Shown: positions 24,286 through 38,031 of the stretch, piece after piece | How the letters are laid out: the number at the start of each line of letters is the position of its first letter | Position numbering within the stretch: position 1 is the stretch's first letter | Notes under the pieces: model-generated | What the model saw: the letters and a program-made list of their open reading frames with translations, nothing else | What the model was told of the DNA's origin: nothing | The model's database searches: none | Source: Azolla caroliniana | Lineage: Eukaryota > Plantae > Polypodiophyta | Direction: 5' to 3' | DNA: 64,000 bases | Assembly: GCA_043228905.1 (NCBI GenBank) | Contig: JBHGNT010000021.1 | Coordinates: 7,812,001 to 7,876,000, forward strand | Position numbers and translations under genes: made by a program

Positions 24286-26223
24286 CCTTTTAGGGTTTTC
24301 CATACATGTAGAAATCTTGTGTCTCTGTACTTTTCTGGCATACGTGTTACGGAGAACCGATTATGCCCAGTTGGATCCTCACAGTCTTGTCATATCCGGC
24401 TGAGCTAGATTTTGACCTTTGTTTCTTAGGGATTAGGAACATTGTGTACTAACTACCGTACGCTATTCCATTAGATGGTATCAGAGCACGAGGGTTGAGA
24501 AGAATCCTCAACAATCGACAAGCATGTCCACACAAACACTCCGGACAAAGTCTGACAAGAACATGGACATAGGAATGGGTAGCTCGCTATTGTCAGAAAA
24601 ACTTGACAAGAGTTACTATGCATCTTGGGCATACAAGATGCATCAATACCTGCTTGGATACGACTATAGGAGCTACGTGGAAAGAGAAAACGATGTACCA
24701 CTAGAGCCAACATACAGAGATTTCCTAGCTTGGGAGCAAGCAGAGTCTTGCACTGATTTGCCTTGTGTGTCCACAACCAGATGCTCGGGTACATTAGGGA
24801 TGCAAAATCATTGAAGGATTCCTATGGGAACCTGAAGAGGGTCTTCATTGCAAACACCATAGCCCGTAAGTTGCACCTCAGGTAGGAGTTCAACAACATT
24901 CGGCAAAGAGGTATGTGAGTTATTGAGTACACCATGAAGATGAAGGAGATTTGTGATGCACGCAACTCCATCAACATGACGGTGGATGAAGTTGAGATGG
25001 TGCAGATATGCCTTGGTGAGTTAAATCAGAAATAGGGGCCTATTCAAATGGCTATCTGCACAAGGGAGGAGCCTCTGTCCTTTTTTGACTTATGGTCGAT
25101 GGTCTTAGTAGAAGACAACCACATGGGTGCGTCAACAAGCATGCCCGCCAACAACATGTTGTACACGGAGGTGGATCGGCCCCATGGTCGTGGAGGATAA
25201 GGCGGATTGGCACGCAATGGAGGCCGCTGATAAGAGTACAATCAGAGGCACAATAGACATACCGACAGTAGTGATCCTCCACAAACAAGGGGAGTTAAGG
25301 TGGAGCCCAATGCCGCCAAGCAAAGCCAACCGGTTGCTAGTATTGTGGCCAAAAGGGTCACAAAGAGAGAGAGTGCTAGAAGAAGAATTCAGATTCAGAA
25401 AAAGCCAAATCGAGTTGTGCCAATTGAGAAAGGCGGTAGAAATCGCACTACCTAGAAGGCCTAGGGCGAGCCCGAACGGGCCCTACCATTGTGGTGAAGC
25501 ACAAGACCAACTCGATAGTGGCAAGCACCTCAAAACCGAACGAGGTGTGGTATGTGGATTCTAGAGCTTCCCACCACATGATGAACCATGAGGAATGATT
25601 CTCCTATCTTGAGAAGCCACAACAACTAGGGGTCTTCAAAACCAGCGATGACACCCCTCACCCCATTGAGCACATCAGAGACATGCCTTTGAGCCAGCTC
25701 GGTCAGAGATGAATAATGAGGAACATATTGCACGTCTCAACAATCATGAAGAATCTTGTGTCAATCGGACAGATCATCGACAAGGGGATGCAAATCAGGT
25801 TCACTCTTCTTGGGTGCTTCATCAAGGAGGAAGGTTGAATCATTGAGCAAGGGCACAAAGAAGGGAGGATGTTCATCCTTGAAACAAACGAATTTGGCAC
25901 CACTATGTTTGCCAAAGGGTAAAAAGTCAAGTCAGACCTAAACCTATGGCACAAGCGGATCATCCACATCAACTTCCAAAGGTTTCTAGAAATGCAAATG
26001 AAGAACATTGTTCTAAGCTTCCCGAAATTCAGTGGTCGAGAGGGCCAAGTCTGCGAAGCCTACCAATTTGGGAAGTAGCATTAGCTTCCTTTCCCCAATG
26101 AGAAAAATCAGAGCCGAAATAAGCTAGATTAATCGATTCATATGTGTGGGGACCGGCACAAAATGTGTGCATCGGAGGGAGTCAATATTTCATCACCTTC
26201 ATTGATGACTTCACTTGGAATAC

Positions 26224-26665
26224 TGTTGGCGAGAGTATGGAGGAAAAGTGGCGGATGAGTCCGGAACGGATATTAGTATTAGTTATTAATTAGTTATAAT
26301 TATAATAGGAACAGACGGATGCGGATCCAGACCGATTCGTAGCCAGTTGCCGGTATGGCATCGTTTTGTAATCAAAACCAGATTCCTATAAAAGGATCCG
26401 GAAAGCAATGTAATGAATGCGGGAGTAATATAACTTGAATTTGGATTTCAGTATTGGTGTATCTTGTCTACTACCGTTTGTGCTTAATTTTATATCTTAC
26501 GCTTGCTAATCAATTAGTGATATATTGTCATCCCGGAACCGATCCGGGAACAATCGGATTAGAATTTTATATGTGCCGGTTAACATCCTACCCGTAACCA
26601 CCCCTTTGGTGAAGTGATCCGGAAGGACACCCTGTGTTTGTGGCTAGTCCAGCCCAGGATAAACA
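26224..26665 (+). mobile_element. Solo LTR inserted in copia integrase
   Basis: TGTT...AACA termini; TSD aatac at 26219-26223 and 26666-26670. Confidence 0.88.
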
Positions 26666-29600
26666 AATACTTCGGCTTGCCTGATTGAGAAGGAGAGTGA
26701 AGTCTTCTCCTACTTCCTTAAGGTGAAAAGCCTTGTCGAACGGGAGACAGGACGGAAGATCAAGTGCCTCTAGACCAATGGCGGAAAAGAGTTCTTTTTT
26801 GGCCAGTTCAACTGTTATATGTAGAATCAGGTAATTCGGCGCGAATTCTCTTGTAGGTATACGCCGGAGCAAAACAACATAGCCAAAAGGATGAACTAGA
26901 CGATCAAAGAAGCAGCCATGGGGATGCTAGAAGAGAAGACCATGCCCAAGTTGACTGGGCGGAACCAGACAGGACGGATGTCTACCTTTAGAATCAGACT
27001 TCTACAACCGAAGGTAAAGTGTCGCCACATGAGTTGTACTTCGAGAAGAAGCCTAACTTGGCGCACTTGAGGCTGTTCGGTAGCATTGTGTATGTGCATG
27101 TGCCGAAAGAGAAGCAAATGAAGCTTTATGCCAAAGATGCAAAACATATCTCTGTCAGGTACATGGAGTAACAGAAGGGTTATAAATGTTATAAACCTGG
27201 GACCAAATAGGTTCGAGTAAGGCGTGATGTTGTGTTTGAAGAAATGGCTTCATGGCACCAACCTTCGACCAATTCGACCCATGTGGACTCCATGCCGAAT
27301 TTTGAAGATGAGGCCAATGAGGCCAACCCCATGGTTGGGGAAGAAATCAGCACTCTACAAGAGAGTCTGATCTCATTTTGGCTAAGCAAGTTGAATGAGG
27401 AGCTGAACCAAAATGGATAGCCAATTGATGTGTCGACAAGCAATGAGGAGTTGGTCGTGCAATGCTTGAGCGTGACGATGAAGAAATAGTTTACCCATAG
27501 AGAGAAGGGGAAGAAAAAGATGTCAGAATATGGCACAAAAGCAAGCACATCGGATCAGAGTGAATCCGACAGGGCCATGAGCACAAACGGAGCTCCAGAG
27601 TTGAGGTCGGATTCGGCCAAAAGGGCCTTGAAGACGGTGAACGAGAGGTTGCATCGATCAACTCACCACAAGAAACCCCTAATCTAGTATGGTTATAATC
27701 TAGTCGGAATCGAGTATGGTTATAATGAGTACATGGTGATGGCGCATCAGCATGTGTACATGACGAAAGTGGCAAAGATATGCAAGCCAGAGAGCTACGC
27801 AGCGGCGACACAGGACGCCAAGTAGAAAATGGTCATGGAGGAACAGATGCACGAATTGGCCGAAAATGAGACATGGGACCTAGTTGACCCCACTAAGGGT
27901 GTGAAGTCGATCGGGTACAAATGGGTATTCAAGGTGAAGTACAACGCCCACGGTAGCATCCACAAGTACAAGGACCGACTAGTGGCCAAAGGCTATCCGG
28001 ACAAGCTCAACCTGATCCAGATCGGCTGAATAAGCCATAGCCGAATCGGTGTCCAAAACAAAGAAACGGATCGGTATCCGGAACAAAGAAACGGATCGGT
28101 ATCCGGAACCAAGAGCCGGATAAGAGAGACGAATCGGATTGGAACCGGTAGGCTGTTAGAGGCCTACGAATCTAGCCTAGTACGTAGGCATATTTTTGGG
28201 AGTCAGTGCCAGTCACTCGTATCAACATTGAAGTACATGTCAGTACTTCTGTCAGTCTGTGTAAGGACTTGTATAAAACTGCTTACTGTGCACATTATAT
28301 GTACAAAGTGTTGTTATTTTTTTAATTGAGTTTATGCTTTTTGCTCTCTCTGTCTCTCCCGTGTAAGGTTTCCATTAAACTTGTGTCTATATTCTTTAGC
28401 TATCTGGACAAGCCGGTTTTGTCTTAGTTTCCACAATCGTATTCTTTTACATGGTATCAGAGCACGATGGTTGAGAACCTCTATTGCCGACCAACGTTTT
28501 TCTAAAGACAAACCCTAACACCTGGTAAAGAATAGACAAAAGAAAAATATGGACCGAGGAATCACTAACTCGCTCCCGATGGAGAAGCTCGATAGATCCA
28601 ACTATGCATCTTGGTCGTACAAGATGCACTAGTACCTACTCAGGCACGGTTACTAGAATTATGTCGATGGAGCTAACGATACGGCACCTGATGCAGCACA
28701 CAGGAACTTCCCAACTTGGGAACAAGCGGCAAGCAGGGTAATGTACTGCTTTGCATCTAGTGTCAGTGATTAGTTGCTCAGTCATATCCAGGACACCAAG
28801 ATGCTGAAGGAAGCTTGGGGAAACCTAAAGAAGGTCTTCACCGCAAGCACAACGGCCCGGAAGCTACAACTCCAATAGGAGTTGAGCAATTTCCAACAGA
28901 AGGACATTTCGGTGGGCGACTACACGTCCCAGGTCAAAGACATCTGTGACTCACTTGCCTCCATCAACATAACCATCAAGGAAGAAGAGATGGTGCAGAT
29001 TTGTGTTGCGGGCCTGACGTCAAAGTTCGAAGCATTCCGGATGGTGGTATGTACAAGGGAGAATACATACTCATTTTTTGTCTTACAGTCGATGCTTCTT
29101 GTAGAGGAGAACCACGTGGGTGCATCAACACGCACACACACCAACAACATGATGTTGTACACAGAGGCAGATCGGCCCCATGTCCATAGCGGACTAGGTG
29201 GATCGGCACGCAATGCAAGCGGCCGGCAAGAGCAGAATCGGAGGCACGAAGATAGTGCTAACATTAGTTCCGAACCCTCCACAAGTAGGGGTAGTCAAAG
29301 CGGCGCCTGAAACAGTCAAGGGAAAACCGTAACGGAATGTTGGTACTATGGCCGGAAGGGCCACACACAGAGTGACTGCTAGAAGAAGCGCGCCAATTCG
29401 GACAAATCCGGATCCGACAAGGCCGGTTGAGGAAACCAACAAAGCTCGCACTACGCTGAAGGATCAGAAGGATCCGAAACCGGAAAGACTGGACAAGGGC
29501 CAACCTTCGTGATGAAGGACACTTCCGGATTTGAGGAAGTGTGATACATTGACTACGGCGCGTCTAACCACATGATGAGCCACGTAGAGTGGTTCTCGTT

Positions 29601-30929
29601 TTGGGAAAAGCCAGAGCAACCGGGAGTTGTCGAAACCAGAGACGACACTCCTCACCCGATTGTGCATTTCAGAGAAGTCCCTTTAGGCCATATTAGACAA
29701 AAGGGAAAGCTCATGAACGTACTACATGTTCCAACAATCACAAACAACCTAGTGTAGGTCAGGCAAATCGTCGACCAGGGGATGCAGGTGTGATTTACGC
29801 ATCTCAGTTGCTTCATTGAGGAAGAGGGCCAGACCATCGCGCAAGGGCACCGAGACGGGAGGATGTTTATCCTCAAAACAAATGATTTTGGAACCATTAT
29901 TTTTGCAAAAGGCATAAGTTCAAGTCGGACATCGACCAATGGCATAAGCGGATTAGCCACATCAATTTCCGGAAGCTTTAGGAGCTGCAGTTGGAACACG
30001 TAGTTTCCGGACTACCAAAGTTCAATGACCGAAAAGGCCAAATATGTGAAGCCTGCCAGCTTGGGAAGTAGCATAGGCTTCCAGTCCACAATGACTAGAA
30101 TCTGAGCCGGAATCGGCTTGATCTCATCCACAGAGGACCGACACAGAACATGCGCATTGGTGCGAGTCAGTATTTCGTCTCCTTCATCGACGATTTCACC
30201 CAGCACATTTGGATCTATCTAGTCGAAAAGAAAAGCGAAGTCTTCTCGTGTTTCTGGGATTTGAAGAACCTTGTCGAATGTGAAATCGGAAGAAAGATCA
30301 GGTGTTTGAGATCTGATGGTGGAAAAGAGTACTTTTCTAGCTAGTTCACAAATTATTTGCAGACGAAGGGAATTCGACGAGAATTTTCTTGGCGATACAC
30401 ACCGGAGCAGAACAGCATGGTAGACCGTCCGAACAGGATGCTGGTAGAAGCAGCGAGGGCGATGCTTGAGGAGAAAAGCATGCCCAAGTTTTATTGGGCC
30501 AAAGCGATTCAGGCAGCCATCCACATCCAGAATCAGATATCTGCCTTAGGGACAAAGGTGTCGTCGCACAACAATAGTTCGAGTGGAAGTCGAATTTGGC
30601 ACACCTTCGGGTGTTCGGTAGCATTGCATATGTGCATGTACCGAAGGAAAAACGGAGGAAGTTAGAAGCAAAAGCGGAGAAGTGCATTCTCGTCAGCTAC
30701 TCGGATGAACAGAAGGGTTATAAGTGTTATAACCCCCGATCGAAAGCGGTCCAAGTTAGCCGGGATGTCGTTTTCGATGAATCGACATCTTGGTACTTCT
30801 CTCCACCCAAGCCCAAGCCGATTTCTGTATATGATCCAGAGGAATCCGGAGAAGAGAGAAGCATCGCAAAATCTGAACAGCCGAATAGTCCGACTTCTCT
30901 CCGGATGAGTGGACGAAATCCAGACTGGT

Positions 30930-31595
30930 TTCTCTTGACGTGAACTAAACGCTCGTTCTGCGCAACGCTCGGCCACAACCGAGCTTAGAATCATACACAG
31001 AAAATGGGAAACGAAAGACACGACACAAAGGAGAGAAAGAGTACACAGGATGTTTAACGTGGAAAACCCTTAGAGGGAAAAACCACGAGACTCCACAGAC
31101 TCCAAACTATCACTATATAAGAATGTACAATAGTGGAGCACCGAGGCAACAACCTCGAGCTTGCTATCTTCGCCACAGTCGGCGGTTACAACAGAGATGC
31201 GAACTCTTCGTCTCTTTCTCTCTCTCTCTCTCTCTGTACACTGTTACGCGCTTTCTCTTCTTGCACCAACAAGAATGACAACTACTCTCTACATCGTCAC
31301 CAATAAGTTTGCCCTATGTCATATTTATACTAATATGACTTTTTCGCTATTTACAAATATAGCCTCGATGGACTCTCAAAAACATATTTATGAATATGTC
31401 TCTTCATCCGGTGAGCACTCCTCACCGGGCCTGCACCATCCGGCTCTCCGTAGTCGGGTACTCCTCATCCGGTTCTCACCGGGTCTGCACCATCTGGCTC
31501 TCCGTAGCCGGGTTCTCCTCATATCGGCCTCGGCCGAGTTTGCTCATCAGCACTATCCTTCTCTCTTCCCATCCGGAGGGACCTATCTCCCAACA
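30930..31595 (-). mobile_element. Solo LTR of the Tnt1/Tork-like copia family
   Basis: Reverse complement starts tgttgggagataggtccctccggatggg, like the LTRs at 51004 and 51272. No clean TSD; left end approximate. Confidence 0.75.
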
Positions 31596-32448
31596 CTGTC
31601 GGGGTGGTCAACCGGATGACGAGCCACGAGTAGTGAAGACTCGATCGTGCTTTCCCCGTGCAAGGAACCAAGGAGACGGTTCATGCGCAAAGAAAACGGT
31701 AAGAAGAAGATGCAGGAAAACGGCATCGATGAGTCGGATTGGAGCGAGGCCGACACCGGGAGGAACGAAGACAGACCTTCAGAAGAGAAGTCTGAGTCAG
31801 CCAAGAGGGCCAAGAAATTGGCAGAGTAGGAACTACGTTGATTGACCCGCCAGAAAAACCCCGTGAAAGGGTATGGGTATAATGAGTACATGGTGCACCA
31901 CTATGCGTACCTGACAAAGGTGACGAAAGTGCGTGAGAAGCGGCGAAGGACACAAATTGGCGTGCCGCTATGGAGGAAGAGATGCACACACTCATGGAAA
32001 ATGAGACGTGGGACTTAGTGGACGTTCCGAAAGGAGTGAAGCTAATCGGTTGTCGATCGGTATACAAGATCAAATACAACATCAACAGCTCTGTCAACCG
32101 GTACAAGGCATGGTTAGTGGCAAAGGGCTATGCGCAACAGCATGGCATCGACTATGATGAGACGTTCGCGCCGGTCGCAAAGATGACGATCATCCGTGTC
32201 TTGCTTGTGGTGGCAATGGCGAAGGGGTGACATCTTATCAAATGGATGTAAAGAACGCATTCCTGCAAGGTGATCTTCAAGAGTAGGTATATATGGTTCA
32301 GCCCCCCGGATTTCAGTCAAGAGTGAACACATCAGTTGTATGCTGATTGACGAAGTCCCTCTACGGACTCAAGCAAGCCTCGTGCGCCTGGAACACGAAG
32401 TTCACGCAAAGGCTATGTCGGATTGGGTTTGCTCCATCGAAATCAGAC

Positions 32449-35400
32449 CGAATCGGAGTTATGCTTCATCGCGGAGATGGCTTCTACCTTGGTCGGAGAC
32501 GGTTTCGGACCGTATGGTCCGCACAGGTGCCCGACGACCATGATCTCTGATTGCCCGAAGGCCGACTTTTACCCGGAGAAGGTGAGCCTCACATCTTCTG
32601 GTCTCTGCAACACCTTCTCGTAGTCATCGATGTGGGACGCCACGAAATTCTGACATCCGTCCGGCTTGATTGCCTCGTCCTTTTTCTCCACCAGGCATCC
32701 CCTGATCGGGATGTCGTCTAAGAATGGCATGGTGATGTCCGGGATACAATCCCTGAGCACCTTGTTCATCGCATTCACCATGTGAGCCACCGAGTTCGTC
32801 TCTCCTTGTGGTAGGGTACACATCCGCACTAGGCCGAGAGGAGTCCTCATCGTCGTAATGTCTCTGCTTTCCAGGGCTAGTTGGAACTAATCGTACCCCG
32901 AGTACAGATCACCAACAAAATAGATCGACCTTCCCGCGAAGGCCTCTGCGAACTCATCTATGGTCGGTCCGATTACTGCATTACGGATGGTCACCTTGTT
33001 GACCGGTTGCAGGTCCTGAATGAAGCGCAGCGTGCCGTTCTTCTTCGGCACCGTAAACCACCGATTCAAATACGGGGCACTCGACGGTTCGAGGATGCCC
33101 ATCTCCACCTTTTGCTTCAAGAGCTCCATCAACTTCGGGATGTGAGCTCTCGGCATCGGAATCGACTTGAGGTTCCACGGTACCGTGAAGATCACCATCG
33201 GTTCGACAACTGTCGGGTCTACGCACCTGATCTCCTCCGGTGAGAATGTGAAAGCCCTCTCGTGCCTCCCGATCATTCTCCGAAACCGGTCCTCCTCCGC
33301 CGGCAGTAGAAAGCTGCCCCCACCGATCTTGAGCTCCCGTAGCGTTATGTTGGTGAACCGGTGCCCTATGCCGGTCGGATTCCGTAAACATGGGTTCGAC
33401 GCGATCCCTTTTATCCGCTTCTTGCTGCCCTCCGGAAAGGGTGCCGCGACTGGCCACCCGATTCGACCCGATCCTTTCCCTGAAGTCCACGATGACTTCA
33501 TACATTCCTATTGACCCTACCGGAACGGTCCGGTCTTCTCTAAGGTCTTCACCGATCACCTTTCGCAGTTCGCCCAAGGTGTCGTCAAAAGAGACCGCCT
33601 CCACGGCGCTATTGATGTCTTCGTTGGGGAAGAGGACTTTGCAACTCCTGAGCCGCTCCTCTGCTCGCTTCCTCTCTCGGCCGTTGAGGCCGGTCATAGT
33701 ATAACCCCCGTTGTCGGAGAACCAAAATTTCCTACCTATGGTACAGGTCTTCTTCCGTACTGTACATTTGTGGGGTTTTTCCCGGGTGTCCGGACTATCG
33801 CGGCCCCACGCCTTGATAGCCCTCTCTAAAAATCCCCTCGGGTTTCGCTACCAAGGGCCTCACAGTTACGCTCATGCTTTGGTCGCACCATTAGGAACTT
33901 GACCGAGTGACGCCCATCCTGGCTCTTGACTCTTGCATACGTTGAACCGTTGTCCAGCACCTTGGTCTCCATCCGTGCCGCTGTGATATACGGCTCTCCT
34001 AGTATAACCGGATGCGAGGACGTCTCCTGCACGAAAAAGTGTTGGTCGATCTCGACATCGCCGATTTTCACCTGTACGTTCGGACAGGCCCCACGTATTT
34101 CGTCCGTGGCGCGCGTCGCTGCCCGTATCTTCCAACCGTGCTTGGTGTTGATCGGCCATTTACCCTTCTTGTAGAAATCCATGGTTGATTTCAGATCCAT
34201 GGACTACCAACGCCACCACCGGTTCCAGAACGTTGCCGATCCGTACATGGGTTTCCGTCGTTGCCCTGGCCCAATGCGGCTTCGTGTAGTGGCTTCCCAC
34301 CAGCTAATCTTCTAGGGCTTCGTCTTCCAGGTGCGTGGTCCGCACCTCCACCGGTTTCTCCGGTTCCAGCTGTGTCGAGAGCCTCTTCCGCTTCACCAAG
34401 TCTACGATAGAGTCGTGGAACTCCCTCCTGGCGATTCCCAGCACCTCCCGTAATGACAGCTCCACTTTGTTGTCGAGGATACGTTCCTCCAGGACCTTTC
34501 GCAGGTCTGTGGTCCTTTCAATCTCGGTGCTCAACCGAAACCCCGCCTGCTTCTTTCCGTCCGGCACGCCTGGGTTGCCGGCACCGGTTGGTTTCGGTCT
34601 GAACCGGATCTCATACCTCTGCGGGGGGCCGGCCCCTCCGGCCTTTCCTGCCCGTTTATCCTCCACCAGAACCTCGTAGTTCTGGCAAGCGGCTTCCACG
34701 AAGCCCGTTTTTTCTTCGACCGGGTCGTCCCAACCGGTGACCTCCTCAACCCGTTGTTCCGCACAGTCCACCTCTTCCTTCTTCAGCCGTACTCCGGAGA
34801 GGCCTTCTAGCACCAGCGGCCAGAATCCAGAGTCCTTCGCCTTCCGGGTCTCATCACCCCCGACCGGAATTCCTGCCGACACCGAGTAGTTAACGGCTTC
34901 GACGTGCCATGCCGCGGCCTCTTCCATCAACCTCTTCATTCCGCCGCGCCCCGTATTCAGTTCTAGGGCTCTCCGGGTCTCGCTCGCGTGCACCCGCCCG
35001 TTCCAGAGGTACACCACGTTGGTCCTGAGTGCGTCGGCGAAATCCGTGCACTCCTTCTGAATGTGACCGATCGCGTCACACCACATGCACCGCTGCCCAG
35101 CCGGCGGCCTCTGGTCGCGAGGTTGTTCGCCGTTGTCCCTCCGGGCTTCTGCGATCTGCAGGTCGCGCACCATCTGTGTCAGCTCCTCCAAAGCCGCTCC
35201 TCTAGATGGGCCCTTGACCACGTCGTTCAATGCTGACCCCGAGTCTGGCGAGATTCGGGTCTCTTCCTTCCTACCAGTCGGCATCGATAACGGCTCCTCG
35301 GGCCTCCTCCCCGGGACCGGCCCCGACCCCGACAAGCTTCCATCACTCCAATCGCAACGTTTGTCGAAACGGCTGCAGACTCGTTTTACCACGGCCCAGT

Positions 35401-36624
35401 CTGCCGTGAGCCCTTTGTCCATTTCCAATAGGGGACCCACCTTTCCCTGTCGAGCGCGTCCACCGACTTGACAAACAGTGGTAATTGACTTGTTTCAAGC
35501 ACTGTCCGGTCCAGCGTCGACAGCCGCGCGAACCGTTTTTCGAACTCCTGGAGGAGCACCGACGTGTTCCTCCCCTTCCCGGGGCTTTCCACCCACGCCA
35601 TGAAGTCCCGCCTGGATAGCCGAAGTGAGTCGTCAAACCCGTACTTCTCGAGGAGCTGCAGCTCGAACTCCTCCCAAGTCTAGCATCCGGCCAGCACCTC
35701 GAGCACCTATGTGTGGATGCCCGACGTCACCACCCGAGGGAATCTGGACAGCCACCTGTCCACCGGGATATCCCTCATGATCATTTCAGCCCAGTAAGCC
35801 TCCAAATAACTTGTGGCGTCTTTCCCTCCAAAGCGGCCTATAGAGTCGACGATCGATTCAATGGCTCTGTCGAGGGTACTCGTCCCTTCACGAGAGCTCA
35901 CCAGCCGATCGACGGCCGCCGCCATTGCCTCTGCTAGCTCTGATCCCCTCATCTTTGGACTCCTCTACCGCCCCATTCACGTCGGGTTCACCAAATATGT
36001 CGCGTTGTTATGCGCGTGCGTGGAGAAAGGGGTGGGACCACGAGGGTCTTGAACCGAAGAGAGAGAGAGAGATTTGTAGATACGAGGAGCGAGGAGGCGA
36101 AATATGGAACGTAACACTTGATTTCCGTAACAAGAGATTACAATAACAAGAGAATACGACTCTGACAGTTACAACCAACAAGGCGGCGATGGACCTGACA
36201 CGGGGATCCTACTCACACACACAGACAACACACGCTCGACACCCAGAAACAAACAAAGGGGGAGAGCCTCTGCTTGAAGCGCAGAGGCTGTCTACGAAAC
36301 AGAGGTGGCGAACTCCCGACCCACAGATCTGCAGCAGAGAGAGCTCGGCACTCAGATCTGCAGCAGCACTTCGTCCTCCCTAGCACGCGATCCCCTTTCT
36401 CCCCTCTCTCTTCTCCTTTTTATCCCCATCCTCATGTCAATTTGCTTTATTCCCTGTCCCTCCCCCTGACAGAGATACGCACAATCCCCCTCATAAATGC
36501 GCGCTGCTTAGTATCTACATCCACCGATTCATGTACAAAATATCAAGTCACGCGTCCATCCGTGTAAGAGCTGGTTTATGCGCTTTTTCTCTGATTCCAC
36601 CTATGGCGGGTTTTCGTCATGACA
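32449..36624 (-). mobile_element. Non-chromovirus Ty3/gypsy, 3'-truncated (5' LTR 35998-36624, gag with CCHC, protease, RT)
   Basis: CMWCDAIGHIQKEC zinc knuckle; RFIQDLQPVNK...DLYSGYD...TLPQGETNS...FLDD RT motifs; LTR tgtcg...tgaca. Confidence 0.88.
35976..35993 (-). promoter_or_regulatory. Primer binding site complementary to the tRNA-Trp 3' end
   Basis: TGGTGAACCCGACGTGAA on the minus strand, 4 nt from the LTR; matches the recalled plant cytosolic tRNA-Trp 3' end (TTCACGTCGGGTTCACCA). Confidence 0.8.
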
Positions 36625-37845
36625 CTGTTATAAATAAGACCGTTACACATTCTTGTACACATGCACATAATTGTGCATGTGTCCATACATACACTCATTT
36701 ACTTTACAAATACACATCAACCACATCATTACACATAACCTTATCCATCCCCGTATATTTTTACGGGCAACACATGCCACGCTTGTGGGACAATGCATTG
36801 CATGGTGAACCCATTCGCCATGACAACTCTTCTCGACCGAAACTCCATCGGTCATCTCAACGGTCGGAAATCCCTCGACCGGATCACTACTCTACGATCG
36901 ATAACTTCAATCGGAGCTTTGCTTCACTCGAACCTTCTCGTTCAGTCAGCACAAGTCGCGATTGGATCATACACCAATCGGCTAGTACAATGTGGCATGG
37001 GTCATGAAATCGTGTCGTGCATTTGTGTATTCTTTCTTTCATCATCGTGTTGTGCATTTGTGCTTTATTTTTTACCCTTTGGTTTTTAAAATTTTTTACC
37101 CTCAAATTTTTTGAAATTTTATATTTGGCCTTTGTGTTTCGAAATTCTGCATTCTGCCCTCCAAATTAGCTTTCGAAATTTCATCTCATGCCCTTGAGCT
37201 TTTGAAATTGCATCTTCTCTACCCTTATGTTTTTTTTTGAATGCCCCTCTCTTCTTGCTTCAATTCATATTCTCGCCTTTCACTTCTAGCGGATGGCAAC
37301 GGCGGTGGCAGCGGTGACAATAGCGGCAACGACGGCAACAATAGCAGCGATGGCAGCAACAATAGCGGCGGCGGCGGCAATGATAGCGGCGGTGGCGGCA
37401 ACGATAGCGGCAACGGCGCGGCAATAGCGGCAACGATGGCGGCGGTGTCGTGAAGATTTTCAGCAATGGTGGGAAAATCACATAAAACTACAAAAGGATG
37501 GAGTTCTTGAAGAGCTTTCAGATGCACTTTACTACATAAGAAACGGACATCTAAGTGTCAACTTATGTGGGTATGAAGTTTTGCAAAAGAAAAAGAGAAA
37601 AATAAAATTGTGAAATATCCCACATAGATAGGAAAGTTAAGGCCCTGGCTATATAAGCACATTAAGATCCCTTTTTTTTTCATTTGTGCTAAGAGCACTT
37701 TGGCCACTTTGTCTAGAGGGATGAATGTGACCAAATTTCTAAAAACCGATTGGCAATAAAATGGAACCAGCCGGTAATGGAACCGGAACGGTCGGAAATC
37801 AATTTGGAATCAGCCGATAAACTGGAAACCAAACTGGAACCGGCT

Positions 37846-38031
37846 GGTAAGCAAACCGAAACTGGCCGGAAAGCAAATTGGGACCGGTCGGTAAGCAAAC
37901 CAGAACTGGCCGGAAAGCAAATCGGGACCGGTCGGTAAGCAAACCAGAACTGGCCGGAAAGCAAATCGGGACCGGTCGGTAAGCAAACCAGAACTGGCCG
38001 GAAAGCAAATCGGGATCGACCGGTAAGCAAT
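37846..38031. repeat. 44-bp tandem repeat, ~4.2 copies
   Basis: ggtaagcaaaccagaactggccggaaagcaaatcgggaccggtc units start at 37846, 37890, 37934, 37978 and 38022. Confidence 0.9.

Larger units (their letters stand above)
23339..27996 (+). mobile_element. Decayed Ty1/copia element: 5' LTR (~23339-24475), PBS, gag, protease, integrase and start of RT
   Basis: PBS tggtatcagagc at 24476-24487; EKLDKSYYASWAYKMHQYL gag start; integrase remnants; ENETWDLV...RLVAKGY RT start. Confidence 0.8.

Noticed and set aside
37846-38031. Possible CRISPR-like array
   Set aside because: Head-to-tail 44-bp units with no unique spacers, eukaryotic context, no cas genes
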